Virus record (IMG/VR): IMGVR_UViG_3300027734_000066
Coordinates: 1-63,726 of that record
Strand: one strand, 5' to 3'
Length of the DNA: 63,726 nt
DNA from: a virus
Lineage: Duplodnaviria > Caudoviricetes
The translations under genes and the position numbers were made by a program. This document shows positions 1 to 9,797 of this stretch, piece by piece. The notes under the pieces were generated by a model. It ran no database searches and was not told where the DNA came from. It was given only the letters and a program-made list of their open reading frames with translations. Within the stretch, counting starts at the first letter, position 1; each line of letters begins with the position of its first letter.

Positions 1-88
1 GACACGGCGTTCTGACCCACGATAGAGATGTTTTCACCCATAAGCTGCGCACCCCAGACAATTGGTGCACCTACGTACTGGAGCGAAT
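1..88. repeat. Terminal overlap (left copy); circularises the contig
   Basis: 80/88 identical to 63639-63726; mismatches at 12,15,18,24,69,72,78,84, all third codon positions of the minus-strand gene. Confidence 0.95.
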
Positions 89-1349
89 ACAGGGCAGCGT
101 CAGTCCACACCAAAACTTCTTGCCGTGACTGAGTGGCCGTAATGATTTCGGAGCCACGAGATAAGCGCAAGAAACCTGCTTGGTTGGTTGATGCGGGTGT
201 CCAGTTGTAGGGGTCTTCTTGGTCAGACCAGCGAATCAACATTGGGTCAACTGTGGCTGTGCCGTAATCGTTGCAACCAAACGCAAACACAAAACGGCTG
301 ATGTCAGACACCAACAAGTAGTTCTGCTGGATTGGTACGTCTGTTGCGCTTCCAAAGTCAGACAACATATATGCGTTTGACAAGATGCGCACGGTGCCTA
401 CAGCCGCAACGGTAACTATGATGAGTGCCCCTGTAGGGGTTGCTGAAATGTTAAACGAAGAACCCGACACGTTGCGTACGTAGTAAACCTTACCGGGGGT
501 GATGCCCACAGGCAAGGTAGAACCAGAGTCGGGTGCAAAACGCAGAGGCGTACCGTTAGCGTATTCGGCGGCAGCAGTGATGACTGTGGGGTTAGCTACC
601 GTAGCAGAGAACGTAATTGAGGTGTATCCAGAGGTGGCATCCCAGTAGTAGATTGCGCCTTCTCGGGGGCCAAAGATTAAATCCTCACCGTAGTTCTGTT
701 GACTCCACAAACGAATGGCGTCCGTAGATGCTTCGCCAATACCCCATGCGCCAGCACCCCAAGGGCCAGCACCCCACCCAACCAACGGCACTACGTAGGC
801 AGGGCCAACATTGATTTGATACAGCGCATACACAGTACCGCCACCTGCCGCCACATTTGACGTAGCGTTTGCGCTTGCCGTGATGGTGTATGTAGTGGCT
901 CCAGTGACCGTAATTTGGTACTGGCCAAAGATGGTTAAACCACCCACGGCTGTACCGCCGTAGAACGACACATAGTCACCATCAATGTAACCGCCATTGG
1001 CATCAGTCACCTGCACAATGGGGGAACCGACGTAAGTTCGAAACGGATTGGTCAAGGTGACCTGATTACGGAAGGGGGTGATGTCGTTGTAGATGCCGCC
1101 TGCTGCAAGATAAAACTTCAGGTTGGTGCCCACACCAATCAAGTTAATACCACCAAGGGTTACCCAGTTCCACAAGGAACGGCAGATGCCCAGAAAAGTG
1201 GATGCGGAGATACGTGCCCAGCCGCCGATCTTCTCGGGCGTGCCTTGACGAAAGCGAATCTTCTCGCTCTCGTACCAGCCTCCCTCGTTGGTGTATCGCG
1301 TGTTTTCGCGGTTCACCCCGGCTTTGAGCAGTATCTTCTTTAGTGGCAT
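1..1349 (-). CDS. Tail hub / packaged-DNA stabilisation protein (P22 gp10 / T7 gp12-like), 5' part; continues across the contig junction
   Basis: ATG at 1349 (MPLKKILLKAGVNRENTRYTNEGGWYESEKIRFRQGTPEKIGGW...), runs off the window edge in frame with 62882-63726; missing from the ORF track because it has no stop in the window; joined product ~701 aa. Confidence 0.75.
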   Translation of the reverse strand, partial: MPLKKILLKAGVNRENTRYTNEGGWYESEKIRFRQGTPEKIGGWARISASTFLGICRSLWNWVTLGGINLIGVGTNLKFYLAAGGIYNDITPFRNQVTLTNPFRTYVGSPIVQVTDANGGYIDGDYVSFYGGTAVGGLTIFGQYQITVTGATTYTITASANATSNVAAGGGTVYALYQINVGPAYVVPLVGWGAGPWGAGAWGIGEASTDAIRLWSQQNYGEDLIFGPREGAIYYWDATSGYTSITFSATVANPTVITAAAEYANGTPLRFAPDSGSTLPVGITPGKVYYVRNVSGSSFNISATPTGALIIVTVAAVGTVRILSNAYMLSDFGSATDVPIQQNYLLVSDISRFVFAFGCNDYGTATVDPMLIRWSDQEDPYNWTPASTNQAGFLRLSRGSEIITATQSRQEVLVWTDAALYSLQYVGAPIVWGAQLMGENISIVGQNAV

Positions 1350-1350
1350 A

Positions 1351-1716
1351 TCAGGTCACCCGTGTCCATTCAGGCTTTGTTGTCCCACGGCTAAAGTGCG
1401 GGCAATCTACCAACTTTCTACCATTTCCTCCCCATGAATTCAAGGGGTGCAACGACTCCCAGTATGCACCCAACGGAACAAGAACGGCCTTGTTGCCCAC
1501 AAGTTTGCCATCTTTAAAAATGTTGAAGTCCACCGCAAGGCGCTTCAGGTGCAGTGAATCCATGGTCTGGCTACGGCCAGTTTTCATGTAAATTTCTTGC
1601 TGTTCGGGGGTTCGATACAGTTCACCAGCGGTGAGTGTGAAGCCCTGCTCAGTGGCAAACTGCACCAGTTTGCACATGTCAAGGAGAAACGCGGCTTGGT
1701 CTGTGACGAGGCTCAT
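1351..1716 (-). CDS. Endolysin, M15-family Zn peptidase
   Basis: R..EQQ, SLHLKRLAVD (SxHxxxxAxD) and DCPHF motifs; next to holin. Confidence 0.85.
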   Translation of the reverse strand: MSLVTDQAAFLLDMCKLVQFATEQGFTLTAGELYRTPEQQEIYMKTGRSQTMDSLHLKRLAVDFNIFKDGKLVGNKAVLVPLGAYWESLHPLNSWGGNGRKLVDCPHFSRGTTKPEWTRVT

Positions 1717-2219
1717 CCTTTTCTCCCCTTCATCTCAGCAAGTTTTTCAATGGTGCGGCCACCGAAGTAGGCACCCATGATCAGCATACCCCACTGCCCA
1801 AGCAAGGACACGTAGGATTCGTTGGCGTTGTAGCCAAAGGCCGACATCATGGCAAATGTGGAATACGCCACCAAGATAAAGATCAGACTCATGGGGCGAA
1901 TGTTTTTAGACAGCCGGGAGTCAGACGACATATCCGCTTTCCAGCGGTCAGAGACGTTGTTGTTTTCATTCTGGATCGCGTTGGCAAAGGCTTGCAACTC
2001 GTCGATGCCGAGTTTTTTTTCCTCAATACGTAGGCGCAGGAGTTCCTCCTCGTGATCCATTTCGTACTGTTTGAGCTTCAGGGTGTCTTCAGCCGACAGC
2101 GGCTGATCGAGCTTTACGCCCGTCTTTTCCTCTACCCAGTCTTTGCCCTTGGCCATTACGGCGTTGCCGATAAGGCTGAGCCCTTGCGACAACAGCGGTG
2201 CAAGAAGTGCAGGAATCAT
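1713..2219 (-). CDS. Holin (3TM gene-transfer-agent holin-like)
   Basis: RWKADMSSDSRLSKNIRP followed by two hydrophobic helices and AYFGGRTIEK; overlaps endolysin start. Confidence 0.75.
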   Translation of the reverse strand: MIPALLAPLLSQGLSLIGNAVMAKGKDWVEEKTGVKLDQPLSAEDTLKLKQYEMDHEEELLRLRIEEKKLGIDELQAFANAIQNENNNVSDRWKADMSSDSRLSKNIRPMSLIFILVAYSTFAMMSAFGYNANESYVSLLGQWGMLIMGAYFGGRTIEKLAEMKGRKG

Positions 2220-2530
2220 TTTTTGCTCCCGAGTTTTTCATTGATGACCGCAATGTCTTGGCGGTTGTGCATGATGTCGTCACGGTTCTTTTGGATTTCT
2301 TTTTCCAAGTCCTGACGCAGTTTCTCACGCGCAAGTTCTGCACCGGTGTTGGTGGCTTGCTTGTTGTCTGAAGTCACTACAAGGCTGATCTTGTTGTTCA
2401 GAATGGTGACTTCGTGACTGAGGGAATTGAGCGCCGACATGAGATAGGTCACGCACGCAAACATAATTGGGAGGATAGCAAACGCAATCTTCTCGATGAA
2501 CTCGTGTTTGGCTTTGGACTCATCCGACAT
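2216..2530 (-). CDS. Membrane-anchored coiled-coil protein of the lysis cassette
   Basis: Likely start MSDESK at 2530; one TM helix followed by coiled coil. Confidence 0.6.
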   Translation of the reverse strand: MSDESKAKHEFIEKIAFAILPIMFACVTYLMSALNSLSHEVTILNNKISLVVTSDNKQATNTGAELAREKLRQDLEKEIQKNRDDIMHNRQDIAVINEKLGSKK

Positions 2531-2541
2531 GTCGGCCTCTC

Positions 2542-2754
2542 TTACATGACGCCACCGAACATCGGAGGCAGTGTTGTTACTTGGATGTTGACGCTCTGCT
2601 TCAACTCCAGCGGTTTGCCGCAATCGGAGCAAGTGTCGGCGGCAAGTTCCACCACATCCAAGTCGTAACCACAGTGGAGACACACGGACTCCACCTCGTG
2701 GGCTGCTTCTATCGTGCCGTCAGGCAACGTCTGAGGGGGCTTTTGAAACTTCAT
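2542..2754 (-). CDS. Small zinc-ribbon protein
   Basis: CLHCG...CSDCG; operon context. Confidence 0.6.
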   Translation of the reverse strand: MKFQKPPQTLPDGTIEAAHEVESVCLHCGYDLDVVELAADTCSDCGKPLELKQSVNIQVTTLPPMFGGVM

Positions 2755-2896
2755 CAGGGCTACTCAGTTGTGGCTGGACAGCTTGCTGGATAGCGCCGAC
2801 CAGTTGGTGTACTTCCTGAAATGGTTTGGTGCCAAGGTATTGAAACACGGCATTGATCAGATCAAGGGGAAGGACGACAGTTTTTTGCTCGTTCAT
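2720..2896 (-). CDS. Small tail-fibre-associated protein
   Basis: GGAG RBS then MNEQKTVVLPLDLINAVFQYLGTKPFQEV. Confidence 0.6.
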   Translation of the reverse strand: MNEQKTVVLPLDLINAVFQYLGTKPFQEVHQLVGAIQQAVQPQLSSPDEVSKAPSDVA

Positions 2897-2915
2897 ACGA
2901 ACTCCATTTTTGCAA

Positions 2916-2946
2916 CCGCTGAGATGGGGCAGCGGCGAGACCCCAT
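2916..2946 (-). promoter_or_regulatory. Putative H-type RNA pseudoknot upstream of the 2896 RBS
   Basis: Stem CCGCTG/CAGCGG (2916-21/2930-35) whose loop pairs via ATGGGG/CCCCAT (2924-29/2941-46). Confidence 0.4.
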
Positions 2947-2950
2947 ACAA

Positions 2951-3289
2951 TTATGCCGTAGGAATGGATGTTTGTGGTGCCCAAGGCAGTGGCGGTGTGA
3001 TAACAGGCGGGTTGATCAGGTTGTTGATTTGTCCTTGTACTCCAGCCTCGACATCAGCCTTGTTCAATCCGCTTGCCCAGACCCAGCCCAGCACTTGGTC
3101 TTGGGTCAAGTCGGCGTAGGGAGTGAACGAGCCTTCGGGCATAGGGAACGATGCTGAACCGCTGATGCCCGAGTTGTATGTCTCTTGAGAACCGCTACAC
3201 AGCCACTCAGCGGTAATTACAACATCAGTATATGAACCCTCTGTGGGTTTGCACTGCATCCATTGAATTGACCAAGCGAATGTACTCAT
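2951..3289 (-). CDS. Tail-fibre-associated protein (paralog 1)
   Basis: FTPYADLTQDQVLGWV...PLPW; downstream of tail fibre. Confidence 0.7.
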   Translation of the reverse strand: MSTFAWSIQWMQCKPTEGSYTDVVITAEWLCSGSQETYNSGISGSASFPMPEGSFTPYADLTQDQVLGWVWASGLNKADVEAGVQGQINNLINPPVITPPLPWAPQTSIPTA

Positions 3290-3636
3290 GCGTTACTCCA
3301 AGGTGCGTCTATGGACTTGATCACGGGTTCTGCTCTTTCAATTTCTTGCTCAATCATCGACTGCAACCCAAACTTCAATGCGTCAATTTCTTCTTGGCCT
3401 TGATGCTCAATGACCCATGCAAGAACTTGATCTTGGGTGAGGTCTTCAAATGCCGTGAAGCTGTTGAAATCAGGATCGGCAAACTCAATTGGTTTGAATG
3501 AGTTGCGAGTCTGACCCATGTGCTCACACACAATTTCAAACCTGACGCTCTTGACGATGTTTTGCGCCTGATCGGTTGAGCTAACTTTAAAGTCGCTGAG
3601 TTTGTATTTGAATGATGCTGTCATAGGTTTCTCCAT
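3286..3636 (-). CDS. Tail-fibre-associated protein (paralog 2)
   Basis: FTAFEDLTQDQVLAWV...APW; same motif as 2951-3289. Confidence 0.7.
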   Translation of the reverse strand: MEKPMTASFKYKLSDFKVSSTDQAQNIVKSVRFEIVCEHMGQTRNSFKPIEFADPDFNSFTAFEDLTQDQVLAWVIEHQGQEEIDALKFGLQSMIEQEIERAEPVIKSIDAPWSNA

Positions 3637-6600
3637 TAAGTACCAGCAAGGTATTGAACATACACTGTGTATGCATTAGCGCCAGCAGTGCGTTGAACCG
3701 TTAAAATACCACTGCCCCCATTAAGCGTGACCGTATAGCTGTTAGGACTACTGGTAAACTCAGTAAAACTCTGTGCTATGCCTTGACCAACAGCCCAAGT
3801 GCCATTTCCCGGATTTAACAAAGTCCAGCCGTAAGCAACACCCCCACCACCATTTGGGAAAAAGGGAAGCGATGAGAGTCCATTTTGACGAATATGAATA
3901 ACTCCCATCGTATTTTGCACTGACGAAACATTGTGGGAACTGCTGTCGTTGTAAGTTGCACTGGTAACAATTTGCAATCCTGCCGATCCGCTGGAAGCAA
4001 GCGATGGATCAGCGTAGGAGCCATAAGTTGCAACGAGCCTGCCTTCGGCTTCAATGGTGACACGATCAACGCCTCCAGAACCGTTTGCCGTCCCAAAAAC
4101 TAACTTTCCAGTTGCGGTAGTTGTACTGCTTGCGGTTGTAGAAGAATATATATATGCCGTTTGATTTAATGTGGTAGTGCTTGCACCACAACCAAAAATG
4201 ATTAAGCCAGTTATTTCCCCAGACGCTGTTGCCGAACTTCCTATTTGAAACTCTGATCTTGTGCCAGAATTAGTTCCTGTGCTAAAAAGCGTCAAAATTT
4301 TGGCAGATGCTGAGCCAACTGTGTTGAACTTTAAGGGGTTGGTTGTACCAATACCCACATTGCCGCCACTTGGATTAAGCAACAATGGGAATTGAAAACT
4401 GTTTGCCGCATTAGCCGCTTGTAATGCGAATCCATAAGGAGAACTTGATGTTTGTTGCATCAACAAACCAGCACCAAGAGAAAACAAATCACCAAATGCG
4501 CCAGCGGCATTTGCTCTTGTAATTGTGTTGTTTGCTGATTTATTTACATCTAATTTGGCGGTAGGCACAACATCAATGCCAAAATTACCGCTGGTGTCAA
4601 ATGTTGCAACCGTAGCATTATTGGTTCGCACAAGTAATGGCTTATTTGCATAAGCTGCCAAATAAACATTGGTTGCATCAGCCGCAAAATATGCCTGAGC
4701 CACACCGCCTATAGAAACTTCATAAGCGGCGTTTCCAGATGCCGTATTAAGCGTTATTGCCTTATTCCACGATAAAAGATTGGCAGAAGTTCCACCAACA
4801 ACCAAGTTACCGCTTGCATCAACAGTCGTTCTAACTGTGCCAGCGGTGTAAGTTTTTACGGTGTTTGGGTTGACAGCGGCACTGCCGCCAAAAGCCACAA
4901 TGCCTGATGTAAGTGCGCCAGAAGTGCCAGCGGATACCTCAACAATACTGTCGTCCAAGTATTGACCAATGTACGCTGTTCCGCTATTTGTATCTCCGGT
5001 TGTAAGCCGTCCAGCGGTCAAACCAGCACTAATTGTTAATCCAGCGGCGGCTGATGGTAATGTCCCACCATAGACTGCAAACTTCGCGCCGTAAGTAAGG
5101 CTTGTACCAATGCCCAAGGTGTTGGAAGTGGTAAGCCACATTGCGGCAGTATTGCCTGTACCAAACTTAACGGGATAACCGTCAAGCGTCATAATGTTCA
5201 AGCCATTGGTCAGGCCGCTGGTAAACACACCACCACTGTTTGCCTCAAGCATTCCGTTGGTCGTGTAACCTGTGCTACGAGCGCCAAATGATGCGTACCC
5301 AGAAAATGCCGCCGTAACGTCAGAATTGAAGTAAGCAGTAGCGGCAGTTCCTGTGCTGACGTTTCTGTTAACGATGTATGTGCCAGAATTACTATTTGTT
5401 GAATTGGTTAATTGAAGCCCGGTGTATGTAAGGTTGGCGGAATCAGTTAACAATCCACCCGTAGAAACGTAAGGAACACGACCCGAAGTCAAGCCAGAAA
5501 CAGTCAGCGACGGGGTAATAACAGAGGTCCCAAAATAACCTGTACGAGGACGAGTTGCGCCAGACGCACCAATGTCGTAAGTGTTGTCGGTGAAGATCAG
5601 GTTGCTGGTGATCGTGCTGTTGATGGTCAGCGTGTCGGTCGACGCATCGCCAACGGTCACGTTGCCATTTAGGTTTACGCCACCGGTCAAGGTCAACGTG
5701 CCGCCAACTGTCAGGTTGCGAGACAAGAACAGGTCGCGGGGGCGGTTAGCTCCCGTAGCGCCAATGTCGTACGTAGCGTCAGTAAACAACAGGTTGCTGC
5801 TCACGAGCGCAGCAACAGACAGTGTATTGGCAGAGGTAGCGCCCAGTGTGGTGTTACCAGACGAATACAGCTTGCTGATTGACACAGAACCCGTGCCGTT
5901 GGGAGTCAACGTGATGTTGCCGTTGATACCTTGGGCAATCTGAATCGTGCCAGAGTTTGTGCCGTCGTTGGTGGTCAGGTTTAAGCTACCCGTACCGTTG
6001 GTGGTCAACGTAGTATCAGTGTTTGAGTCACCCATCTGCACGCGATCAGCAGACAAAATTACATCACCTGTACCGTTAGGGGTCAGGGTGATGTTGCCGT
6101 TCACGCCGTTGGCGATCACAACAGTGCCGCTGTTTACGCCTGCATTGGTAGACAGGGTGAGGTCAGCAGTGCCACCGGTGGTTACCGTCAGAGCGCCTGC
6201 GCCATTAGATGTCAGGGTGGCTGCGGCAGCAGCGTCACCAACACGCACTGTGTCAGCGTCCAGTTGAACGTCGCCTGTACCGTTGGGGGCAATCACCACG
6301 TTGCCGTTGGTGTCGGTTGAGGACAGGGTGTTGCCATCAAGGCGCAGGTTATCTACGTTGATGATGGTGGCCGCAGTTGTTGAGCCAATCGACACACCGT
6401 CAATCGTGCCACCAGCAATCGCCACCAGCGCCATTGTTGCAGTGCCGTCAATCCACAAACTTCTCCATGAGTTTGCAGCAGAGCCTAAATCGCGGGCGTT
6501 GTCAGTCGAGGGCACCAGATCAGAAGCAAACCGTGCCGTAGCGGTGATAGTGTCTGATGTGGCGTTACCCAGCGTGGTGTTGCCATCGATTGTGGCGTTA

Positions 6601-7052
6601 CCGCCTACGGTTAGATTGCCAGTGATGTTGCCGTTGACAATGGTCGTCACACAGGAGTTGACGTTTGTGGCATCACAGAACAAGAACGCAGTATCACCGG
6701 CAGCGACTGCTACACCTGTACCAGCGGAGGTCTTCAAGGTAACAGCAAAGGACGTGTTGTTCTGCAACACGTAGAGCTTGGCTGCGGCTGGGCAAATAAT
6801 ATTAGCAGCAGCAGTCGGAGCGCCACCACCGGTAGCTGCGACCAACATGGCGCAACGTGACTCAGAGGTCGTACCGTTGGCTGTGGTCAGGGTGTGAGCG
6901 TTACCAGTCCAAGTATTGATTGTCGAGAGGCCAGCAATGGCCTGCTCAATCATCGAAGTGATGTTGTCATTGACAGTATCACCCCATGTACCAGAAAGCT
7001 CCCCAGTGACGGGAAGCGCCAATTTCAACGTTGGTGTGTATTGTGTGGTCAT
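3636..7052 (-). CDS. Tail fibre / receptor-binding protein, 1138 aa
   Basis: N-terminal LKLALPVTGELSGTWG anchor; Gly/Thr/Asn-rich beta repeats (NGNITLTPNGTG-like x3, GNVGIGTTNP). Confidence 0.85.
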   Translation of the reverse strand: MTTQYTPTLKLALPVTGELSGTWGDTVNDNITSMIEQAIAGLSTINTWTGNAHTLTTANGTTSESRCAMLVAATGGGAPTAAANIICPAAAKLYVLQNNTSFAVTLKTSAGTGVAVAAGDTAFLFCDATNVNSCVTTIVNGNITGNLTVGGNATIDGNTTLGNATSDTITATARFASDLVPSTDNARDLGSAANSWRSLWIDGTATMALVAIAGGTIDGVSIGSTTAATIINVDNLRLDGNTLSSTDTNGNVVIAPNGTGDVQLDADTVRVGDAAAAATLTSNGAGALTVTTGGTADLTLSTNAGVNSGTVVIANGVNGNITLTPNGTGDVILSADRVQMGDSNTDTTLTTNGTGSLNLTTNDGTNSGTIQIAQGINGNITLTPNGTGSVSISKLYSSGNTTLGATSANTLSVAALVSSNLLFTDATYDIGATGANRPRDLFLSRNLTVGGTLTLTGGVNLNGNVTVGDASTDTLTINSTITSNLIFTDNTYDIGASGATRPRTGYFGTSVITPSLTVSGLTSGRVPYVSTGGLLTDSANLTYTGLQLTNSTNSNSGTYIVNRNVSTGTAATAYFNSDVTAAFSGYASFGARSTGYTTNGMLEANSGGVFTSGLTNGLNIMTLDGYPVKFGTGNTAAMWLTTSNTLGIGTSLTYGAKFAVYGGTLPSAAAGLTISAGLTAGRLTTGDTNSGTAYIGQYLDDSIVEVSAGTSGALTSGIVAFGGSAAVNPNTVKTYTAGTVRTTVDASGNLVVGGTSANLLSWNKAITLNTASGNAAYEVSIGGVAQAYFAADATNVYLAAYANKPLLVRTNNATVATFDTSGNFGIDVVPTAKLDVNKSANNTITRANAAGAFGDLFSLGAGLLMQQTSSSPYGFALQAANAANSFQFPLLLNPSGGNVGIGTTNPLKFNTVGSASAKILTLFSTGTNSGTRSEFQIGSSATASGEITGLIIFGCGASTTTLNQTAYIYSSTTASSTTTATGKLVFGTANGSGGVDRVTIEAEGRLVATYGSYADPSLASSGSAGLQIVTSATYNDSSSHNVSSVQNTMGVIHIRQNGLSSLPFFPNGGGGVAYGWTLLNPGNGTWAVGQGIAQSFTEFTSSPNSYTVTLNGGSGILTVQRTAGANAYTVYVQYLAGT

Positions 7053-7064
7053 CTGCTTACCCTT

Positions 7065-7841
7065 TTATGTGACAACTTGTTGCCAGCCCGCAATTTGCGT
7101 ATCACTCACGGCAGTCCAACCGGACACCTGAGTATCATTGATATTTTGCCAGTTTGCTGACTGTCCGTCATCTATCTGGCCCCAAACATTTACTTGTCCT
7201 ATCTCTCCAGTGGCAGAAACCCCAGTTACCACAGCAGTTGCGCCTGCCGCAACCGTCACAGTCCCAACCTCCATCGTGCCAGAAACGCCCGTAACGGAGA
7301 CAACAATCGACAAGGCGAAGGATACCTGACCTATTGCGCCAGTGGCTTCTACGCCCGTCGGGAAAATATCGGCTGTACCGGTGGCAACTACCGTGCCAAG
7401 TTCACCGGTGGCGGACACGCCTGTGGCGTAAACAATGGCTTCACCAACAATGGTGACGGTACCCACCTCGCCGGTAGCAGACACGCCCGTGGGAAATACG
7501 TTGGCTGTGCCAGTAACAGTTACAGTGCCAAGCTGCGTTGTGCCATCTACCCCTGTGACTTGCACAATGGCGTCTGCCTGCACCGCCACAGTACCCACTT
7601 GGCCCGTGGCTTCCAACCCGGAAGGGTACACATTGGCGTCTGCCGTTACATCTACCGCCCCAACAAACCCAGTTGCTTCTACGCCCGTGACCTGTACAAC
7701 GGCCTCGGCCACTACTGTGACCGTGCCAATTGCGCCCGTGGCGCTGACCCCATCTACAAATACTTCAGTTAGGTTTTCTCCCCACGAGCCTCTACTCCAT
7801 GGGCCAGAACCCCAGCCTACGTATTCGATAGACGAAGCCAC
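7065..7841 (-). CDS. Virion structural protein with ~30-aa VTGVSATGxxG repeats
   Basis: Repeated V/PTGVxATGxVGTV units; GWGSGPWSRGSWG N-terminus. Confidence 0.7.
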   Translation of the reverse strand: MASSIEYVGWGSGPWSRGSWGENLTEVFVDGVSATGAIGTVTVVAEAVVQVTGVEATGFVGAVDVTADANVYPSGLEATGQVGTVAVQADAIVQVTGVDGTTQLGTVTVTGTANVFPTGVSATGEVGTVTIVGEAIVYATGVSATGELGTVVATGTADIFPTGVEATGAIGQVSFALSIVVSVTGVSGTMEVGTVTVAAGATAVVTGVSATGEIGQVNVWGQIDDGQSANWQNINDTQVSGWTAVSDTQIAGWQQVVT

Positions 7842-7851
7842 CTATTCACCG

Positions 7852-8286
7852 TCAGGCGATGCGCAAGATCGCGTTGGTTGCGTCTGCGGCAGGGAACTGA
7901 ATGGTGAAGTTGCCAGCAGTTGAAGTCTTATCGCCACCAAAGTCCAGCACAGCAACCGCAGGGTTGGTTGTGCCGTTGGCCAAGTAGATCAACGCGCCAC
8001 GCGCAGTGATCGTAGCCGTAGTCCATGTGGTGTCCGCAAAGTCAAGGAACGCTGTGGTGCCCGTAGACGTGGGTACTTGACTGACCGTTAAGATGTTGCC
8101 ACCCGCAGAGTAGCCGGTGCCAGAGACTTCGTTAGATGTGCTGTATGCGGTTGTAGCTGCGCTCAGCGTAGCCGCTGACGTAAACAACGCGATTTTAAAA
8201 ACTTGAGTTGTGCCTGTACCAAAATTAAAATTTGCATTGAGGATGCCAACTTTGAACGAGGTGCACATTGCTTGTGTGATTGCCAT
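7852..8286 (-). CDS. Virion structural protein
   Basis: MAITQAMCTSFK...VAVLDFGGDKTSTAGNFTIQFP; GGAG RBS; tail module. Confidence 0.7.
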   Translation of the reverse strand: MAITQAMCTSFKVGILNANFNFGTGTTQVFKIALFTSAATLSAATTAYSTSNEVSGTGYSAGGNILTVSQVPTSTGTTAFLDFADTTWTTATITARGALIYLANGTTNPAVAVLDFGGDKTSTAGNFTIQFPAADATNAILRIA

Positions 8287-8296
8287 TTCTTACTCC

Positions 8297-8932
8297 TTAA
8301 CTTACTGGATTGCGGACTTGAACAGTACGATACGTGTCTGTACGTAACTTACCATCACCCAAATTCTTCAAGAGGCCAATTGCCTGAACATACAGTTGTT
8401 GATACTGACCCACCAAGTCTTGCTCACCCTTCATGAAGCGAATAGCCTCAACCAGTGCGCCGTTCAGAAGAGCAGAATCAAACTCAGTGCCTAACCACGT
8501 AGTGCCCGCTGTGACAATGGACTCTGGGTAGTAGCCGTAGTGCAACTCGGCACTGTACGCCTGATCAGGTGTGGGGCCAACAATAAACGCAGAAGCATCA
8601 AAGATGGCGTAATACTTGGGGATTGTGCGCGTGGCGGTTACATCCCGTGGGTAGGCTTCACGAATGAAGTTCACATCCTTGTCAACCAAGTAGTGGTACT
8701 CACCACTGGATTCAATCACGGCCAACGAGTACACATAAAGGAAGTCAGACGGAATCTGGAGATACTTGTTACCAGTCGTCATTGCTCCTGTTACGTTCTT
8801 GCGAATAGCAGGAATCTGCACCGTGTTGTAAATCTTCTGCTCAGCCTGTTCGGTGAACATAGCCAACTCCTGCGCAGAAAACTCGTTCTCGCAGATGTTC
8901 TCAATGTTGGTGCACAACTCGGTGTAGTTCAT
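8297..8932 (-). CDS. Head-tail adaptor / tail tubular A-like protein
   Basis: MNYTEL...PKYYA...GPTPD...LLNGALVEA pattern typical of phage adaptors. Confidence 0.65.
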   Translation of the reverse strand: MNYTELCTNIENICENEFSAQELAMFTEQAEQKIYNTVQIPAIRKNVTGAMTTGNKYLQIPSDFLYVYSLAVIESSGEYHYLVDKDVNFIREAYPRDVTATRTIPKYYAIFDASAFIVGPTPDQAYSAELHYGYYPESIVTAGTTWLGTEFDSALLNGALVEAIRFMKGEQDLVGQYQQLYVQAIGLLKNLGDGKLRTDTYRTVQVRNPVS

Positions 8933-8942
8933 GCGTTACCTC

Positions 8943-9206
8943 TTAGGCCATTGGGCCGCGAGCCATTACGCCTTTGGTGGCTGCGCCAGTACCGCGAATT
9001 TTAATGCCGCTGGTTTTTGGGCCAGCATCATCACGCTTGTAGATGGTTCCAACAGACATGTTCACAGTATCAGCTTTGCTGTGATCTGGGCCACTGCCGG
9101 GGTTGCTTGACATCTTGACAGGCTTACCCTTCATTGTGTGCGGCTCAGCGTAAACGCTGGCAGCGCCAACTTCTTTACCCATCATTTTCTTGCTGTATGT
9201 AGCCAT
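8943..9206 (-). CDS. Small basic late protein
   Basis: C-terminal KTSGIKIRGTGAATKGVMARGPMA; GAGG RBS. Confidence 0.65.
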   Translation of the reverse strand: MATYSKKMMGKEVGAASVYAEPHTMKGKPVKMSSNPGSGPDHSKADTVNMSVGTIYKRDDAGPKTSGIKIRGTGAATKGVMARGPMA

Positions 9207-9208
9207 GA

Positions 9209-9397
9209 TTAACCTCGCTTTTGTGCTGCAATTTTTGCCAAGCCACGGCCCATCGACTTCATATCGGTGTTAGATTTGCCGCCACCTTTACCCGTACCGC
9301 CAGTTTGGATGCCAACCGCAGGGCCACTGTTACCAAGGTTTTTACCTTCGGTCTTGCCTTTTTTAGCGATGCCATCAGCAGATTTTGTATACGCCAT
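9209..9397 (-). CDS. Small basic late protein
   Basis: ADGIAKKGKT motif shared with 11311 and 11634 products. Confidence 0.65.
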   Translation of the reverse strand: MAYTKSADGIAKKGKTEGKNLGNSGPAVGIQTGGTGKGGGKSNTDMKSMGRGLAKIAAQKRG

Positions 9398-9407
9398 TTT
9401 GAACTCC

Positions 9408-9797
9408 TTATGTGATCACAACCGTTACTGTACCAACTTGTCCGATTCCCACCAAGTTATTTGGTGTGAGTTCAGAATCAAAATTACGGGACATTCCTAC
9501 TGGAGCCCAGCCCCATTGGATGTTCCGACTACCTTCACCAATCGACCCAGTTGCGGTCGTACCCGACTGGTAGTACGTATTATCCTTACGTGGGTTCCGC
9601 AATGCTTGCGGATCGTCCACCGGATACATACCCAGTTGCAACTGCGGCTGGTCAGGTTCCCAACAAGATTTGCAGACCAATATGTTGACCTGCTTTGTCT
9701 TGATGATCAGTTCGCGCAACTCACGCAAACGGAATTGAAATCCGCAACGGTCGCAGATTGCAATCGCAATCTTGCCGGAGGCAAAACGGTTACCCAT
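9408..9797 (-). CDS. Conserved late protein with Cys pairs
   Basis: ICDRCGF...VCKSCWEPDQPQL; coupled to upstream stop. Confidence 0.7.
   Translation of the reverse strand: MGNRFASGKIAIAICDRCGFQFRLRELRELIIKTKQVNILVCKSCWEPDQPQLQLGMYPVDDPQALRNPRKDNTYYQSGTTATGSIGEGSRNIQWGWAPVGMSRNFDSELTPNNLVGIGQVGTVTVVIT

Noticed and set aside
3636-7052. Diversity-generating retroelement or invertible tail cassette
   Set aside because: No reverse transcriptase, invertase or template/variable repeat pair seen
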